A DNA stretch of 64,000 nucleotides from an uncultured Clostridia bacterium (GTDB taxonomy: Bacteria > Bacillota > Clostridia > TANB77 > CAG-508), in assembly GCA_944388705.1 (NCBI GenBank), contig CALXJU010000003.1, positions 3,501 to 67,500 of the forward strand. The letters are read 5' to 3'. Under the pieces are notes generated by a model. That model was not told where the DNA came from and did not search any database. It saw only the letters and a list, made by a program, of their open reading frames with translations. How positions within the stretch are numbered: the stretch's first letter is position 1; the number at the start of each line of letters is the position of its first letter. Shown here one piece after another: positions 8,655 to 18,545 of the stretch. The position numbers were made by a program, and so were the translations under genes.

Positions 8655-11600
8655 ATGAATAAAATGCCAAAAAGAAAAGATATAAAAACTATACTTGTAA
8701 TAGGTTCAGGACCCATTGTAATAGGACAAGCAGCAGAATTTGATTATGCTGGAACACAAGCTTGTTTAGCATTAAAAGAAGAAGGATATAAAGTAATATT
8801 AGTTAATTCAAACCCAGCAACAATTATGACAGATACAGCTATTGCAGATAAAGTATATATGGAACCACTAACACTTGAATATATAGCAAAAATAATAAGA
8901 TATGAAAGACCTGATGCCATTCTTCCAGGAATTGGTGGACAAACAGGATTAAATTTAGCTATGCAACTATATAGAAAAGGAGTATTACAAGAGTGCCAAG
9001 TAGAACTTTTAGGAACTAGTAGTGAAAGTATTGAAAAAGCAGAAGATAGAGAAAAATTCAAAGAATTGTGTCAAGAATTAGGAGAGCCAGTGTTAGAATC
9101 TATTATTGCAGAAACTGAAGAACAAGGAATAGAAGCAGCAGAAAAAATAGGATATCCAGTAGTTTTGAGACCTGCATTCACATTAGGAGGAACTGGAGGA
9201 GGATTTGCTGATAATGAACATGAATTAAGAGAATTAATCAAACATGCTTTAAAACTATCTCCAGTAGGGCAAGTATTAGTAGAAAAAAGTATTAAAGGAT
9301 ATAAAGAAATTGAATATGAAGTAATAAGAGATAGAAATGATACTGCAATAACAGTATGTAATATGGAAAATTTAGACCCAGTTGGTATTCATACAGGAGA
9401 CTCTATAGTAGTAGCACCAAGTCAAACATTAACAAATAAAGAATATCAATTACTTAGAGACAGTGCATTAAGAATTATAAGAGCATTAAAAATTGAGGGA
9501 GGATGTAATGTTCAATTTGCTTTAGACCCACATTCTTTCAATTATTATGTAATAGAAGTAAATCCAAGAGTTTCTCGTTCATCAGCATTAGCATCAAAAG
9601 CTAGTGGATATCCAATTGCTAGAGTATCGGCTAAAATTGCAGTTGGAATGAGATTAGATGAAATAGAATTAGCAAATACACCAGCAAGTTTTGAACCAGC
9701 ATTAGATTATATAGTATGTAAAATACCAAGATTTCCATTTGATAAATTTACACTTGCTTCTAATAAATTAAGTACACAAATGAAAGCAACAGGAGAGGTT
9801 ATGAGTGTAGGAAGAACATTTGAAGAAAGTTTATTAAAAGCAGTAAGGTCATTAGAAACAGGAGTATGCCATATTCATCATAAAAAATTTGACAAGATGG
9901 AAACAGAAGATATGATGAAATATATAAAAGATGGAACAGATGATAGAATTTATGCAATAGCAGAATTAATGAGGAGAAATGTAGATTTAGGATTAATTTT
10001 TGATTTAACTAAAATTGATATGTTTTTCTTAGAAAAAATAAAAAATATTGTAGAAATGGAAAAAATATTAACAAAAAATGTTGGAGATATAGAAATACTA
10101 AAACAAGTAAAGAAAATGGGATTTAGTGATAAATATATTGCAAAAGTGTGGAAACAAAAAGAGGAAGATATTTATGAATTAAGAAAGAAAAATAATATTT
10201 ACCCTGTATATAAAATGATAGATACTTGTAGTAGTGAATTTGAAAGTTATGTACCATATTTCTATTCAACTTATGAAGAAGAAAATGAATCAATTGTAAG
10301 TGATAAGAAAAAAATAATTGTTTTAGGTGCAGGTCCAATTAGAATTGGACAAGGAGTAGAATTTGATTATTCAACAGTGCATACAGTAAAAACAATAAAA
10401 GAAGCGGGATATGAAGCAATTATCATAAATAATAATCCAGAAACAGTATCAACAGATTATACCACAAGTGATAAATTATATTTTGAACCATTAACAGTAG
10501 AAGATGTTATGAACATTATTGATTTAGAAAAACCAGAAGGAATAGTTGCATCATTAGGTGGACAAACTGCAATAAATCTAGCAGGACCACTTTCAAAATT
10601 AGGAGTAAAAATTATTGGTACAGATGTTGATGCAATAGAAAAAGCAGAAAATAGAGATGCATTTGAAAGAGTTATGAAAAAATTAAAATTATTACAACCT
10701 AGAGGAGAAGCGGTAACAAATATAGAAGACGGAATTAAAGTTGCAAATGAAATTGGATATCCTGTACTTGTAAGACCAAGTTATGTATTAGGTGGTAGAG
10801 CAATGCAAATAGTTTCTAATCAAAAGGCATTAGAAAAATATTTGAAAACAGCAGTAGAAATTAATACAAAACAACCAGTATTAGTGGATAAATATATAAT
10901 GGGAAAAGAATTAGAAGTAGATGCTGTATGTGATGGAAAAGATGTATTCATCCCAGGAATTATGGAACATGTTGAAAAAACAGGAATTCATTCTGGAGAT
11001 AGTATTAGTGTATATCCTACATTTAGTGTTAGCCAAAAAGCAAAAGATAAGATAATAGAATATACAGTTAAATTAGGATTAGGAATAGGAATTATAGGAT
11101 TATATAATATTCAATTTATTGTTGACAAAAATGAAGATGTTTATGTTATAGAAGTAAATCCAAGGTCATCAAGAACAGTTCCATTTATATCAAAATCAAC
11201 AGGATATTCTTTAGCTGATATAGGAACTTTAGCTATGCTTGGAAAATCTTTAAGACAACAAGGAATTAATGAAATATATCCAAAAGAAAAAGAAAAATGG
11301 TATGTAAAAGCACCTGCATTTTCATTCTCAAAATTATCAGGACTAGATGCAACACTTTCTCCTGAAATGAAATCAACAGGAGAGGCAATTGGTTATGATA
11401 AAAAACTTACAAGAGCATTATATAAAGCATTACAATCTTCAGGAATGAAATTATCAAATTATGGAACTATTTTTGTAACAATTGCAGATAAAGATAAAGA
11501 AGAAGCATTACCATTAATCAGAAGATTTTATAATTTAGGATTTAATATAGAAGCTACAAAAGGAACGGCTAATTTCTTAAAATCACATGGAATAAGAACA

Positions 11601-11843
11601 AGAGTAAAGAAAAAAATTAGTGAAGGAAGTGAAGAAATTTTAGAGTCTTTAAGAAAAGGTTATGTGAGTTATGTAATTAATACAAGAAATGTAGATTCTA
11701 TAGAACAAGAAACAGATGGAACATATATAAGAAGTTGTGCAACACAAAATAATATACCAATGTTTACATCATTAGATACTGTAAATGCTGTATTAGATGT
11801 TTTAGAAGAAATTACATTAGGAATTTCTACAATTAATGAATAA
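8655..11843 (+). CDS. carB: Carbamoyl-phosphate synthase large subunit
   Basis: 1062 aa with duplicated ATP-grasp halves ([21 protein letters not shown] / [19 protein letters not shown]) and a C-terminal MGS-like domain. The start could alternatively be 8664. Confidence 0.95.
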   Translation: MNKMPKRKDIKTILVIGSGPIVIGQAAEFDYAGTQACLALKEEGYKVILVNSNPATIMTDTAIADKVYMEPLTLEYIAKIIRYERPDAILPGIGGQTGLNLAMQLYRKGVLQECQVELLGTSSESIEKAEDREKFKELCQELGEPVLESIIAETEEQGIEAAEKIGYPVVLRPAFTLGGTGGGFADNEHELRELIKHALKLSPVGQVLVEKSIKGYKEIEYEVIRDRNDTAITVCNMENLDPVGIHTGDSIVVAPSQTLTNKEYQLLRDSALRIIRALKIEGGCNVQFALDPHSFNYYVIEVNPRVSRSSALASKASGYPIARVSAKIAVGMRLDEIELANTPASFEPALDYIVCKIPRFPFDKFTLASNKLSTQMKATGEVMSVGRTFEESLLKAVRSLETGVCHIHHKKFDKMETEDMMKYIKDGTDDRIYAIAELMRRNVDLGLIFDLTKIDMFFLEKIKNIVEMEKILTKNVGDIEILKQVKKMGFSDKYIAKVWKQKEEDIYELRKKNNIYPVYKMIDTCSSEFESYVPYFYSTYEEENESIVSDKKKIIVLGAGPIRIGQGVEFDYSTVHTVKTIKEAGYEAIIINNNPETVSTDYTTSDKLYFEPLTVEDVMNIIDLEKPEGIVASLGGQTAINLAGPLSKLGVKIIGTDVDAIEKAENRDAFERVMKKLKLLQPRGEAVTNIEDGIKVANEIGYPVLVRPSYVLGGRAMQIVSNQKALEKYLKTAVEINTKQPVLVDKYIMGKELEVDAVCDGKDVFIPGIMEHVEKTGIHSGDSISVYPTFSVSQKAKDKIIEYTVKLGLGIGIIGLYNIQFIVDKNEDVYVIEVNPRSSRTVPFISKSTGYSLADIGTLAMLGKSLRQQGINEIYPKEKEKWYVKAPAFSFSKLSGLDATLSPEMKSTGEAIGYDKKLTRALYKALQSSGMKLSNYGTIFVTIADKDKEEALPLIRRFYNLGFNIEATKGTANFLKSHGIRTRVKKKISEGSEEILESLRKGYVSYVINTRNVDSIEQETDGTYIRSCATQNNIPMFTSLDTVNAVLDVLEEITLGISTINE

Positions 11844-11846
11844 TAA

Positions 11847-11890
11847 AAAAGAGTTAGCATTTTTAAAAATGTTAACTCTTTTACTTTTTT
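11847..11890 (+). terminator. Rho-independent terminator after carB
   Basis: AAAAGAGTTAGCATTTTT / AAAAATGTTAACTCTTTT palindrome followed by a T-run. Confidence 0.7.
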
Positions 11891-11930
11891 TGTCATATAA
11901 TGTAGTAAAATAAAAAAAGGAGGAACAAAA

Positions 11931-12290
11931 ATGTTAAGACGTAGATATAAAAAATGCTATTGCATGAATAATGCACAAAATTCAAATATGAATTTAATTG
12001 AAGATAAGTGTGATAATGTATGTCCATGTGCTTATGAAGAATGTAATAAAGACCAATGTGAATGTGGATTTGATGAAGATTACGAAATTGGTGTATTCCC
12101 AGAAAATCCAATGTTGGCACAAAGTTATGTTCCAATACAATATATGGATAAAACATTTAAACCATGTGTTGGCTTAAAAATGGGAACAATTTTTCCAGAA
12201 TTAGTTAGTCCTTATGAACCATGTCAATCTATGAGAACTAACGAATTTATTGAAGCAACAAATAAAATAGGAGAGGGGTGTAATAGATAA
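11931..12290 (+). CDS. cotJA: Spore coat-associated protein CotJA
   Basis: C-terminal block FPENPMLAQSYVPIQYMDKTFKPCVGLKMGTIFPELVSPYEP is the CotJA signature. AGGAGG RBS. Confidence 0.8.
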   Translation: MLRRRYKKCYCMNNAQNSNMNLIEDKCDNVCPCAYEECNKDQCECGFDEDYEIGVFPENPMLAQSYVPIQYMDKTFKPCVGLKMGTIFPELVSPYEPCQSMRTNEFIEATNKIGEGCNR

Positions 12291-12649
12291 TGAACGAAAA
12301 TGATAACAGAAATTGCAATTGTATGATGAATAATAATTATTCTGTTTATATGACTAATAATTCTATGTCAAATAATGATTGTGAATATAATAATACTAGA
12401 GAAGAAATGTTTGAAAAAATAAAATGTTTAAATTTTGCTATTGTTGAATTAGGTTTATATCTAGACACTCATCCAGATGATGAAAAAGCTTTATGCTTAC
12501 ACAGAAAATATAGTAAAGAATACAGAGAGTTAACAGATAAATATCAAAAAGTTTATGGACCATTGACTATTCAATTTCCATGTAATAAATGGAGATGGCT
12601 TGAAGAACCATGGGGTTCGTTTGTTTTTGGAGTAACTAATTATATATGA
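12290..12649 (+). CDS. cotJB: Spore coat protein CotJB, with its 3' end displaced by a mobile-element insertion after nt 12613
   Basis: FAIVELGLYLDTHPDDEKALCLHRKYSKEYRELTDKYQKVYGPLT is the CotJB core. After ...EEPW the tail GSFVFGVTNYI* is element-encoded. The native tail PWERGNF* lies at 20296-20319. Confidence 0.8.
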   Translation: MNENDNRNCNCMMNNNYSVYMTNNSMSNNDCEYNNTREEMFEKIKCLNFAIVELGLYLDTHPDDEKALCLHRKYSKEYRELTDKYQKVYGPLTIQFPCNKWRWLEEPWGSFVFGVTNYI

Positions 12650-12673
12650 AAAATGCAAAATATTAAATTTTGT

Positions 12674-12727
12674 TGAAACTAATATTGACTTACATATGGT
12701 CTAATAAGTATAAATATGTACATATTA
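12674..12727 (+). promoter_or_regulatory. ECF-type promoter block, paralogous to 4841-4895
   Basis: TGAAAC-N20-TCTAATAAGTATAAATATGTACATATTA. Confidence 0.45.
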
Positions 12728-12745
12728 AAAATGGAGGAACTCAAA

Positions 12746-13264
12746 TTGGAAGAATTAGTAAAAAAAGCCAAAGAAGATGATGAAGCATTTGATGAATTAA
12801 TAAATTCTATGAAAAACGACTTATATTGCATAGCAAGGACAAGACTTGATAATTTAGATGATATGGCAGATGCAATACAAGATACAATATTAACTTGTTA
12901 TAAAAATATTCAAAAACTAAAAAATAATAAAGTATTTAAAACATGGTTAATAAAAATACTAATAAGTAAATGTAATAATATTTATAACAAAAAGAAAAAA
13001 TACAATATTTCAATTGAAGAAAATGAAATGGACAAGTATATTGAAGTGAATGATAATTTAGAAAAAATGAATTTTGAAATGTTTATAAAAAATTTGTCGC
13101 TAGATGAACAAACAATTTTAACCTTATATTATTATTCAGGATATACAACAAAAGAAATTGGTCATATTATGAACAAAAATGAAAATACTATTAAAACTAA
13201 AATAAGAAGGGCAAAAGATAAATTAAGAGAAGAATATGGAGGTGAATTGTATGAAAGAAATTGA
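12746..13264 (+). CDS. Sigma-70 family (ECF-like) sigma factor (element-borne paralogue)
   Basis: The TTG at 12746 has GGAGGA 7 nt upstream and gives an N-terminus MEELVKKAKEDD, collinear with the paralogues MEELVIKAQKGD and MEELIKNTLNGD. The track ATGs at 12716 and 12731 lack an RBS. Confidence 0.8.
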   Translation: MEELVKKAKEDDEAFDELINSMKNDLYCIARTRLDNLDDMADAIQDTILTCYKNIQKLKNNKVFKTWLIKILISKCNNIYNKKKKYNISIEENEMDKYIEVNDNLEKMNFEMFIKNLSLDEQTILTLYYYSGYTTKEIGHIMNKNENTIKTKIRRAKDKLREEYGGELYERN

Positions 13265-13913
13265 AGAAAGCTTAAGAGATTTAAGTCAAAAAAATGTTAC
13301 AATACCACAACAAATTGAACATAGAATTAATTATACATTAAAAACAAAGCAAAAAAATACATATAATTATAAGATAAAAAAATTATTAACAACTACTATA
13401 TCAATAGTATTAGTTCTCTTAGGAACTTCAGGACTAGTGTATGGGCTTACAACAGCATATGAATATATAAATCTTAATAAAGAGAAGAATATTCCTAAAT
13501 CTGATGATTATGTGCTATTAGAAGAACTTCCAAGAGACTATTCAAAAGAACAAGCTATTTTAGATAATTGTGTTGTAATTTATAATTTAGAAGTGATTTC
13601 TAATAATAAATTGAGAATAGAAGAATTTGTAGAAAACACAAATAATAATAAAGAGGATTTTATAAGAATTGTTAGGGTACAAGATAAAATAGATTACTCA
13701 ATGAGTATTTTTGATATACAATATATAGATAATGAATATAGGGTTTATTTAGACCAAACTAGATGTAATGATAAAGAAATACAAGGTTATATTTATAATA
13801 CATATTCAAAAATCGAATTGTCATCATATAATATGAATGGAAAACTAACTAAAATAGAATTAACTAACGATTTTAAAGAAAAGTTGTGTGTTGGATTTTA
13901 TTTTGATAAGTAA
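13251..13913 (+). CDS. Putative anti-sigma factor (single TM)
   Basis: It overlaps the sigma gene end. GGAGGTG RBS before the ATG at 13251. TM LLTTTISIVLVLLGTSGLVYGL. Confidence 0.5.
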   Translation: MKEIEESLRDLSQKNVTIPQQIEHRINYTLKTKQKNTYNYKIKKLLTTTISIVLVLLGTSGLVYGLTTAYEYINLNKEKNIPKSDDYVLLEELPRDYSKEQAILDNCVVIYNLEVISNNKLRIEEFVENTNNNKEDFIRIVRVQDKIDYSMSIFDIQYIDNEYRVYLDQTRCNDKEIQGYIYNTYSKIELSSYNMNGKLTKIELTNDFKEKLCVGFYFDK

Positions 13914-13937
13914 AAAATTATATATTATAATTTGAAA

Positions 13938-13963
13938 AGTGCTAGTATTTTTATGCTAGCACT
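13938..13963. terminator. Bidirectional terminator hairpin
   Basis: AGTGCTAGTA / TGCTAGCACT stem between convergent genes. Confidence 0.6.
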
Positions 13964-13976
13964 TAATATTTATTAT

Positions 13977-14909
13977 TTATAGAGAAATATACCCCATTTC
14001 TTTTATAAATTTTTTGATAGTATTTTCATCTTTTCCTTCATAATATAAAATAAGTAAATCCTTAAATTTTTCTGTTAAATCTGCTGGAATTACTATTATT
14101 CCTTTTCCTTTAGAAATAAGATAATGATTACAAAATATTATTGAAGTTCTTTTATTTCCATCAATAAATATTTGTTTTTTCATTATATATAATAAAAGTT
14201 CAATAGATTTATCAATATCATCAATATCTTTATTTAAAATTGTTTCTAACTCTTCTTTTATTATACTTTCTATAGGTAATTCAGGCTTCCATTTTGTGCC
14301 ACCAATAGTTACAGGAACAGTTCTGACTTTTCCAGCTGAATAATAAAAACCTTCTTCAATCATCTTATTAATTTCACATAATAAAGAAAAATTAGTATCA
14401 CTTAAAATAACATTTTTATTTAATATAAATTCCCATGCATGTTTTAAATTTATGATTTTTAGAATATCTTCTGATGTCATATTATTAACTTTACCACCTT
14501 CAATAATACTTTCAGTATCTGCAAAAGTAGTTGCAACACCTTCTAATATCGCTTGATTATAGATAGTGTCTACTAAGTGTCTTTTTGCAAAATCTATATT
14601 TTGTTCTACTTTTGAAGAAAGTTCAGTTTCTATATAATTTAATTGTTTTAGTTTTTTGTTAATATCTCTTATATGTTTTTTTAATTCTTTTGCTTTTATA
14701 CTATTATTTAGTATTAAATTATATAATTCATCAGAATATTCACCAACATATTTCGTTAAGGAAATACCGTCTTCTCTATAATGTACATATATATATTTAT
14801 TTGAATCACTTTCTCTTATTTCAACAGCTCCATAAGAAAGAGATTGTAATTCGTGTTCAAGTAATTGCTTATTGTGAAGAAGTTCCATAATTTCAATTTT
14901 TTCTTCCAT
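13977..14909 (-). CDS. Fic/Doc (Fido) family protein with a degenerate active-site motif
   Basis: 310 aa. The motif region KQIFIDGNKRTSII aligns to Hx(F)x(D/E)(G/A)N(G/K)R. It is Doc-like (NKR) but has Gln where the catalytic His is expected. Confidence 0.65.
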   Translation of the reverse strand: MEEKIEIMELLHNKQLLEHELQSLSYGAVEIRESDSNKYIYVHYREDGISLTKYVGEYSDELYNLILNNSIKAKELKKHIRDINKKLKQLNYIETELSSKVEQNIDFAKRHLVDTIYNQAILEGVATTFADTESIIEGGKVNNMTSEDILKIINLKHAWEFILNKNVILSDTNFSLLCEINKMIEEGFYYSAGKVRTVPVTIGGTKWKPELPIESIIKEELETILNKDIDDIDKSIELLLYIMKKQIFIDGNKRTSIIFCNHYLISKGKGIIVIPADLTEKFKDLLILYYEGKDENTIKKFIKEMGYISL

Positions 14910-14926
14910 ATACTAATCCCTCCTTT

Positions 14927-15045
14927 AAAAATGTGAAACATTTTTAATTAAAAAACATGGATTTGTTTCACATTTTAATTATACCACAAAATTTAAAAAT
15001 GTGAAACATTTTTGATAAAAAAGTTGAATTTGTTTCACATTTTTA
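14927..15045. repeat. Two copies (68-bp period) of a 13-bp inverted repeat AAAATGTGAAACA-N23/N24-TGTTTCACATTTT
   Basis: Unit 1 is 14927-14976 and unit 2 is 14995-15045. The pair lies between the Fic gene start and the 3' end of the Spo0A-like gene. Confidence 0.7.
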
Positions 15046-15060
15046 AAATATGATTAAAAA

Positions 15061-15771
15061 TTACATAGCAAGTTTATTTAAAATTGTAAAAATAACAACT
15101 TTAGGCTTAGGTTTAATAGCTGTATAAAAATTAAAATATTTTTTTAATCTAGTTTCATCACAATCATAAAACATAGATGTAGTTGCACATGTAATACTAC
15201 ACTTAACATTATTAACAGTTTTATTATGTTTTTTAGCAATTATAGGATATATATTTTTATTTAAACTTTCACTATAATCATGGTTTGTATAAATTAAAGC
15301 AATACATTCAGATAAATATTTTGTTCCTGTATATGACATATTATAACCAATATATTCTAATTCTTTATTTATTTTTGAAATTAAATCAGTTTTATTAATG
15401 TTTAAAAATCTATTTTTCACGAGTTCACAAGTTTTTGCATAAATATTAGAAATATTTTCATCATCACTTAAAAAGCTATATATAAACTCATCTTCTATCT
15501 TTTCTGTAGAATTATTAGATAATATTATTATAGATTTTTTGCATTTTTCTCTGTAAGGTTTTGATAATTTTTTTAAAGAGTTAATAATTTCAACAATTTC
15601 ACAATCAGGATGTATTATAGTTATATCTATAATACCAGTATTTAAAAGTTTCATACCGTCTGATAATGAATCAGTTATATTATAAACTTTAATTTCATCA
15701 TTTTTTGCAAATTCATTTAATAATTTCATTGAATGTTTAATATCTTTATTAATAATAAGTAAATTTAACAT
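15061..15771 (-). CDS. Spo0A-like regulator: degenerate receiver domain plus Spo0A_C-type DNA-binding domain
   Basis: The C-terminal half LEYIGYNMSYTGTKYLSECIALIY...NIYPIIAKKHNKTVNNVKCSI...KPKPKVVIFTILNKL is collinear with Spo0A [56 protein letters not shown]. The N-terminal acidic pair of receivers is missing (IINKD). Confidence 0.6.
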   Translation of the reverse strand: MLNLLIINKDIKHSMKLLNEFAKNDEIKVYNITDSLSDGMKLLNTGIIDITIIHPDCEIVEIINSLKKLSKPYREKCKKSIIILSNNSTEKIEDEFIYSFLSDDENISNIYAKTCELVKNRFLNINKTDLISKINKELEYIGYNMSYTGTKYLSECIALIYTNHDYSESLNKNIYPIIAKKHNKTVNNVKCSITCATTSMFYDCDETRLKKYFNFYTAIKPKPKVVIFTILNKLAM

Positions 15772-16048
15772 TTTTATCCCATCTCCCAATCATTAGATGC
15801 AGAAAATTAATAATCGAATGCAAAATATTAAAAAAATGTCTAAAAAAGTAAAAAAATTTTTATCTTTTTTTACCTTTTTTTATTTTTTCTAACTTTTCGT
15901 GTTAAAATTATCAAGAAATGTACGAAAATGTACAAGAATTGTTGTAAATATTAGAAATCAATAGTTAAGTTTAAGATAAATTTCAAACTAACTTATTGGT
16001 TTAGCAGGAAAATGATTTAATTAGGTCAAAGTATAAGGAGGAAAATCT

Positions 16049-16573
16049 ATGAAGACTAAGAAACGGATTGTTGCTCTTGTAGTTGCATTGGCAATGTGTG
16101 TTACCAATTTTTCAATGGTAACATTTGCGGCTGAAGGTGAGGATATGACTTCAAATGCAAAGGTTATATCTGTTGAAGAAATGGAAGATGGAAGAGTCCG
16201 GTACGAGATGGAACTCACACCACAAAGCACAGATGAGAATGGTGTATCAACATATCTTATACAGTCCTGTTTTACAATGAATGGGACTTATTATCGTGGT
16301 GCTGACCGGAAGTATGCAGGAAACTATCTAGATTTTACAATTGAAGTAACCGGAGCGGATGGAACACCACAGCCCAACAAACAAATTCAGGCACAATTAT
16401 GGGATTATAACAATAACTGTTTGTTGGTTTCTACTGTAACAGCAGATGGTGGAGCGACTACAGAATCAGGAATAAAAATTGTACCCAATAGGACTTATTA
16501 TTTCAAATACTACTTAGTAACAGGTAGCAGTTCTAATTTAAGAGTTTGCATGTATTTCGATACGTGGGGCTAA
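16049..16573 (+). CDS. Secreted hypothetical protein (signal peptide), compositionally foreign
   Basis: Signal peptide MKTKKRIVALVVALAMCVTNFSMVTFAAEG and an AAGGAGG RBS. Hand counts give 23 G+C in nt 16049-16108 and 25 in 16321-16380, against 13 in the 60 nt before 16021. Confidence 0.6.
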   Translation: MKTKKRIVALVVALAMCVTNFSMVTFAAEGEDMTSNAKVISVEEMEDGRVRYEMELTPQSTDENGVSTYLIQSCFTMNGTYYRGADRKYAGNYLDFTIEVTGADGTPQPNKQIQAQLWDYNNNCLLVSTVTADGGATTESGIKIVPNRTYYFKYYLVTGSSSNLRVCMYFDTWG

Positions 16574-16640
16574 TAAAAAATTTTATTTAAAATTTTTAGA
16601 GATAAAGTGATTTTAAAAAATGAATCATTTTCTTGCAAAA

Positions 16641-16661
16641 GAGGCATCTTAACGGTGCCTC
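16641..16661. terminator. Short hairpin between convergent genes
   Basis: GAGGCA-N9-TGCCTC, with T-rich flanks on both strands. Confidence 0.45.
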
Positions 16662-17729
16662 CTATTTTGATAATTCTATATCTATACTTTTATCTATATC
16701 TAAATCAATGTGTAAAAATAACTTATCAATATTTGTATCATAAATTGTAATTGGATAAAAGATTGTTACTATACTACTTGATTTTGTAACATTCTTAAAC
16801 AACATTCTAATACGAGAATAATCTTTATTATTAACATCTCTTAAAATCGTAGAATTATGAGAATAGATAATATTTTTGTCAAAAGAAGTATTTAATTCCA
16901 AAGCAATACTTAAAGAAGTATCAGTAAGTAATGTTTCTACGTTATTAACATATTTATTATTACTACAGTTATATTTATAACTAGTTCTATATACAAATTT
17001 ATCAACTAAGTTTATCGAAAAATTCCAATTACCATCTATATTTATAATTTTATTTTCAGTTTTTAAAGAAATATTGTTTATTGAAATATATAGTATTTCG
17101 GATTTAGGCAAACTCTCAGAAGTTATCCATAAAGAACTTCTAATTGTTGAATTATCAATAATTTGTTGATTATTAACAAATTTAGCGATATTTTGTATAA
17201 TAGTAGTATTATTATCAGCTTGATTATCTTGTGATAATACACATAAAACATTTTCCTTCTCATCTTTAATAGTAATATCCATAAAATCCAATCCAGTAAT
17301 TTGTTCCACATCATTACCCATATACTTATACACAAAAGAAATATTAAGATTATGGTCATCCATAAGAACATAATCAACCTTAACACCTAAATTGTTATCT
17401 TCAATAAAATCCATATCTACATTTTGTACATATCCATTTTCAACTGCAGTATCTACACCTTCATTGCTATTAGTAAAAATAGAAGTAAAGAAATTAATAA
17501 TATCTTTAGCAAAAACAGTAGAAGCAGTAATAGCACTAAGTGAGATTACTAAAATAGCAACTCTTTTCAATATAAAATCAAAAGAACTTTTGTGTTTAGT
17601 ACTTTTCTTAGCAAAAATATTATCAATAGTATTATCAATAGTGTTTTGAGTAGAAAGAGGAATATCTTTATTTTTTTCATATGCATCAAATAAAATTTTA
17701 TCTAAATTATCATTATTTTCTTGATTCAT
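16662..17729 (-). CDS. Putative anti-sigma factor (single TM, large extracytoplasmic domain)
   Basis: It overlaps the upstream sigma gene by 17 nt. TM VAILVISLSAITASTVFA. Confidence 0.5.
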   Translation of the reverse strand: MNQENNDNLDKILFDAYEKNKDIPLSTQNTIDNTIDNIFAKKSTKHKSSFDFILKRVAILVISLSAITASTVFAKDIINFFTSIFTNSNEGVDTAVENGYVQNVDMDFIEDNNLGVKVDYVLMDDHNLNISFVYKYMGNDVEQITGLDFMDITIKDEKENVLCVLSQDNQADNNTTIIQNIAKFVNNQQIIDNSTIRSSLWITSESLPKSEILYISINNISLKTENKIINIDGNWNFSINLVDKFVYRTSYKYNCSNNKYVNNVETLLTDTSLSIALELNTSFDKNIIYSHNSTILRDVNNKDYSRIRMLFKNVTKSSSIVTIFYPITIYDTNIDKLFLHIDLDIDKSIDIELSK

Positions 17730-18258
17730 TATCTAACTCCTCCTTTTCCAAATATTTTCTAAGTTTTTGTTTTGTTCTATAGATTGTACTTTTTATAGTA
17801 TTTGCATTAATACCCAAAATATCAGATATTTCATCAGGAGTATATTTACTATTATAATGTAAAGCTAAAATTAATTGCTCTTTTTCATTCAAATGTTTTA
17901 ATAATATATCAAAATCAATCTTATCTTCAGTAATATTAAAAGGATTGGCAATTTCAACTGTAGTTTTAGAAATAGATAATTTATTAAAAATTTTAGTTTG
18001 TCTATACTTTTTTCTATAAATGATATTACATTCATTAATTAAAATTCTTATAATCCAAGTTTTAAAAAGTTTAGGTTCTTTCAAAGTATGTAATTTATCA
18101 AAAGCCTTAAAAATAGTTTCTTGAATAGCATCATTAACATCGTCAAGATTTTTAAGTTTTGCTTGAGCAACACGATATAAATCGCTTTTGACAGAATCAA
18201 TTAAAACTTCAAAAGAATGTTTATCGCCATTTAAAGTGTTTTTTATTAATTCTTCCAA
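17713..18258 (-). CDS. Sigma-70 family (ECF-like) sigma factor (element-borne paralogue)
   Basis: DLYRVAQAKLKNLDDVNDAIQETIFKAF and LILALHYNSKYTPDEISDILGINANTIKSTIYRTKQKL. Confidence 0.85.
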   Translation of the reverse strand: MEELIKNTLNGDKHSFEVLIDSVKSDLYRVAQAKLKNLDDVNDAIQETIFKAFDKLHTLKEPKLFKTWIIRILINECNIIYRKKYRQTKIFNKLSISKTTVEIANPFNITEDKIDFDILLKHLNEKEQLILALHYNSKYTPDEISDILGINANTIKSTIYRTKQKLRKYLEKEELDNESRK

Positions 18259-18545
18259 AACAAAATCTCCTTCTTAAATTATTTTTTTGGATTTTATCAA
18301 TAAAAAATCAAAATTTCAACCATGAATATTATAGGGGGATTTTGTCAAAAAACAATATAAAGATAAAAAAAGGTAAAAAATAATTCAAGACATATTAAAA
18401 AATTTGATGTAAAATATATCTTGTAAATATTATATTCAATTCAAAAAAATAGTTGAGGAAATTATTTCTTCACTATTTTTTTTATAAATAAAATGAAATT
18501 CTATAATAATTACCTAAGTGCATATAGTGTATAGAGGTGATTTAA

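Noticed and set aside
11885-11930. Possible sigma-E promoter for cotJA (CATATAAT at 11893-11900 resembles the CATACA-T -10)
   Set aside because: I found no convincing -35 (ATA-type) element at the right spacing, and the match is too weak in AT-rich DNA to call.
15871-15888. 18-nt TTTTTTACCTTTTTTTAT shared, in sense orientation, upstream of the secreted-protein gene and (complement of 18363-18380) upstream of the third sigma gene
   Set aside because: It is a low-complexity T-run sequence in a T-rich intergenic background. It could be a shared promoter element, but a chance match cannot be excluded by eye.
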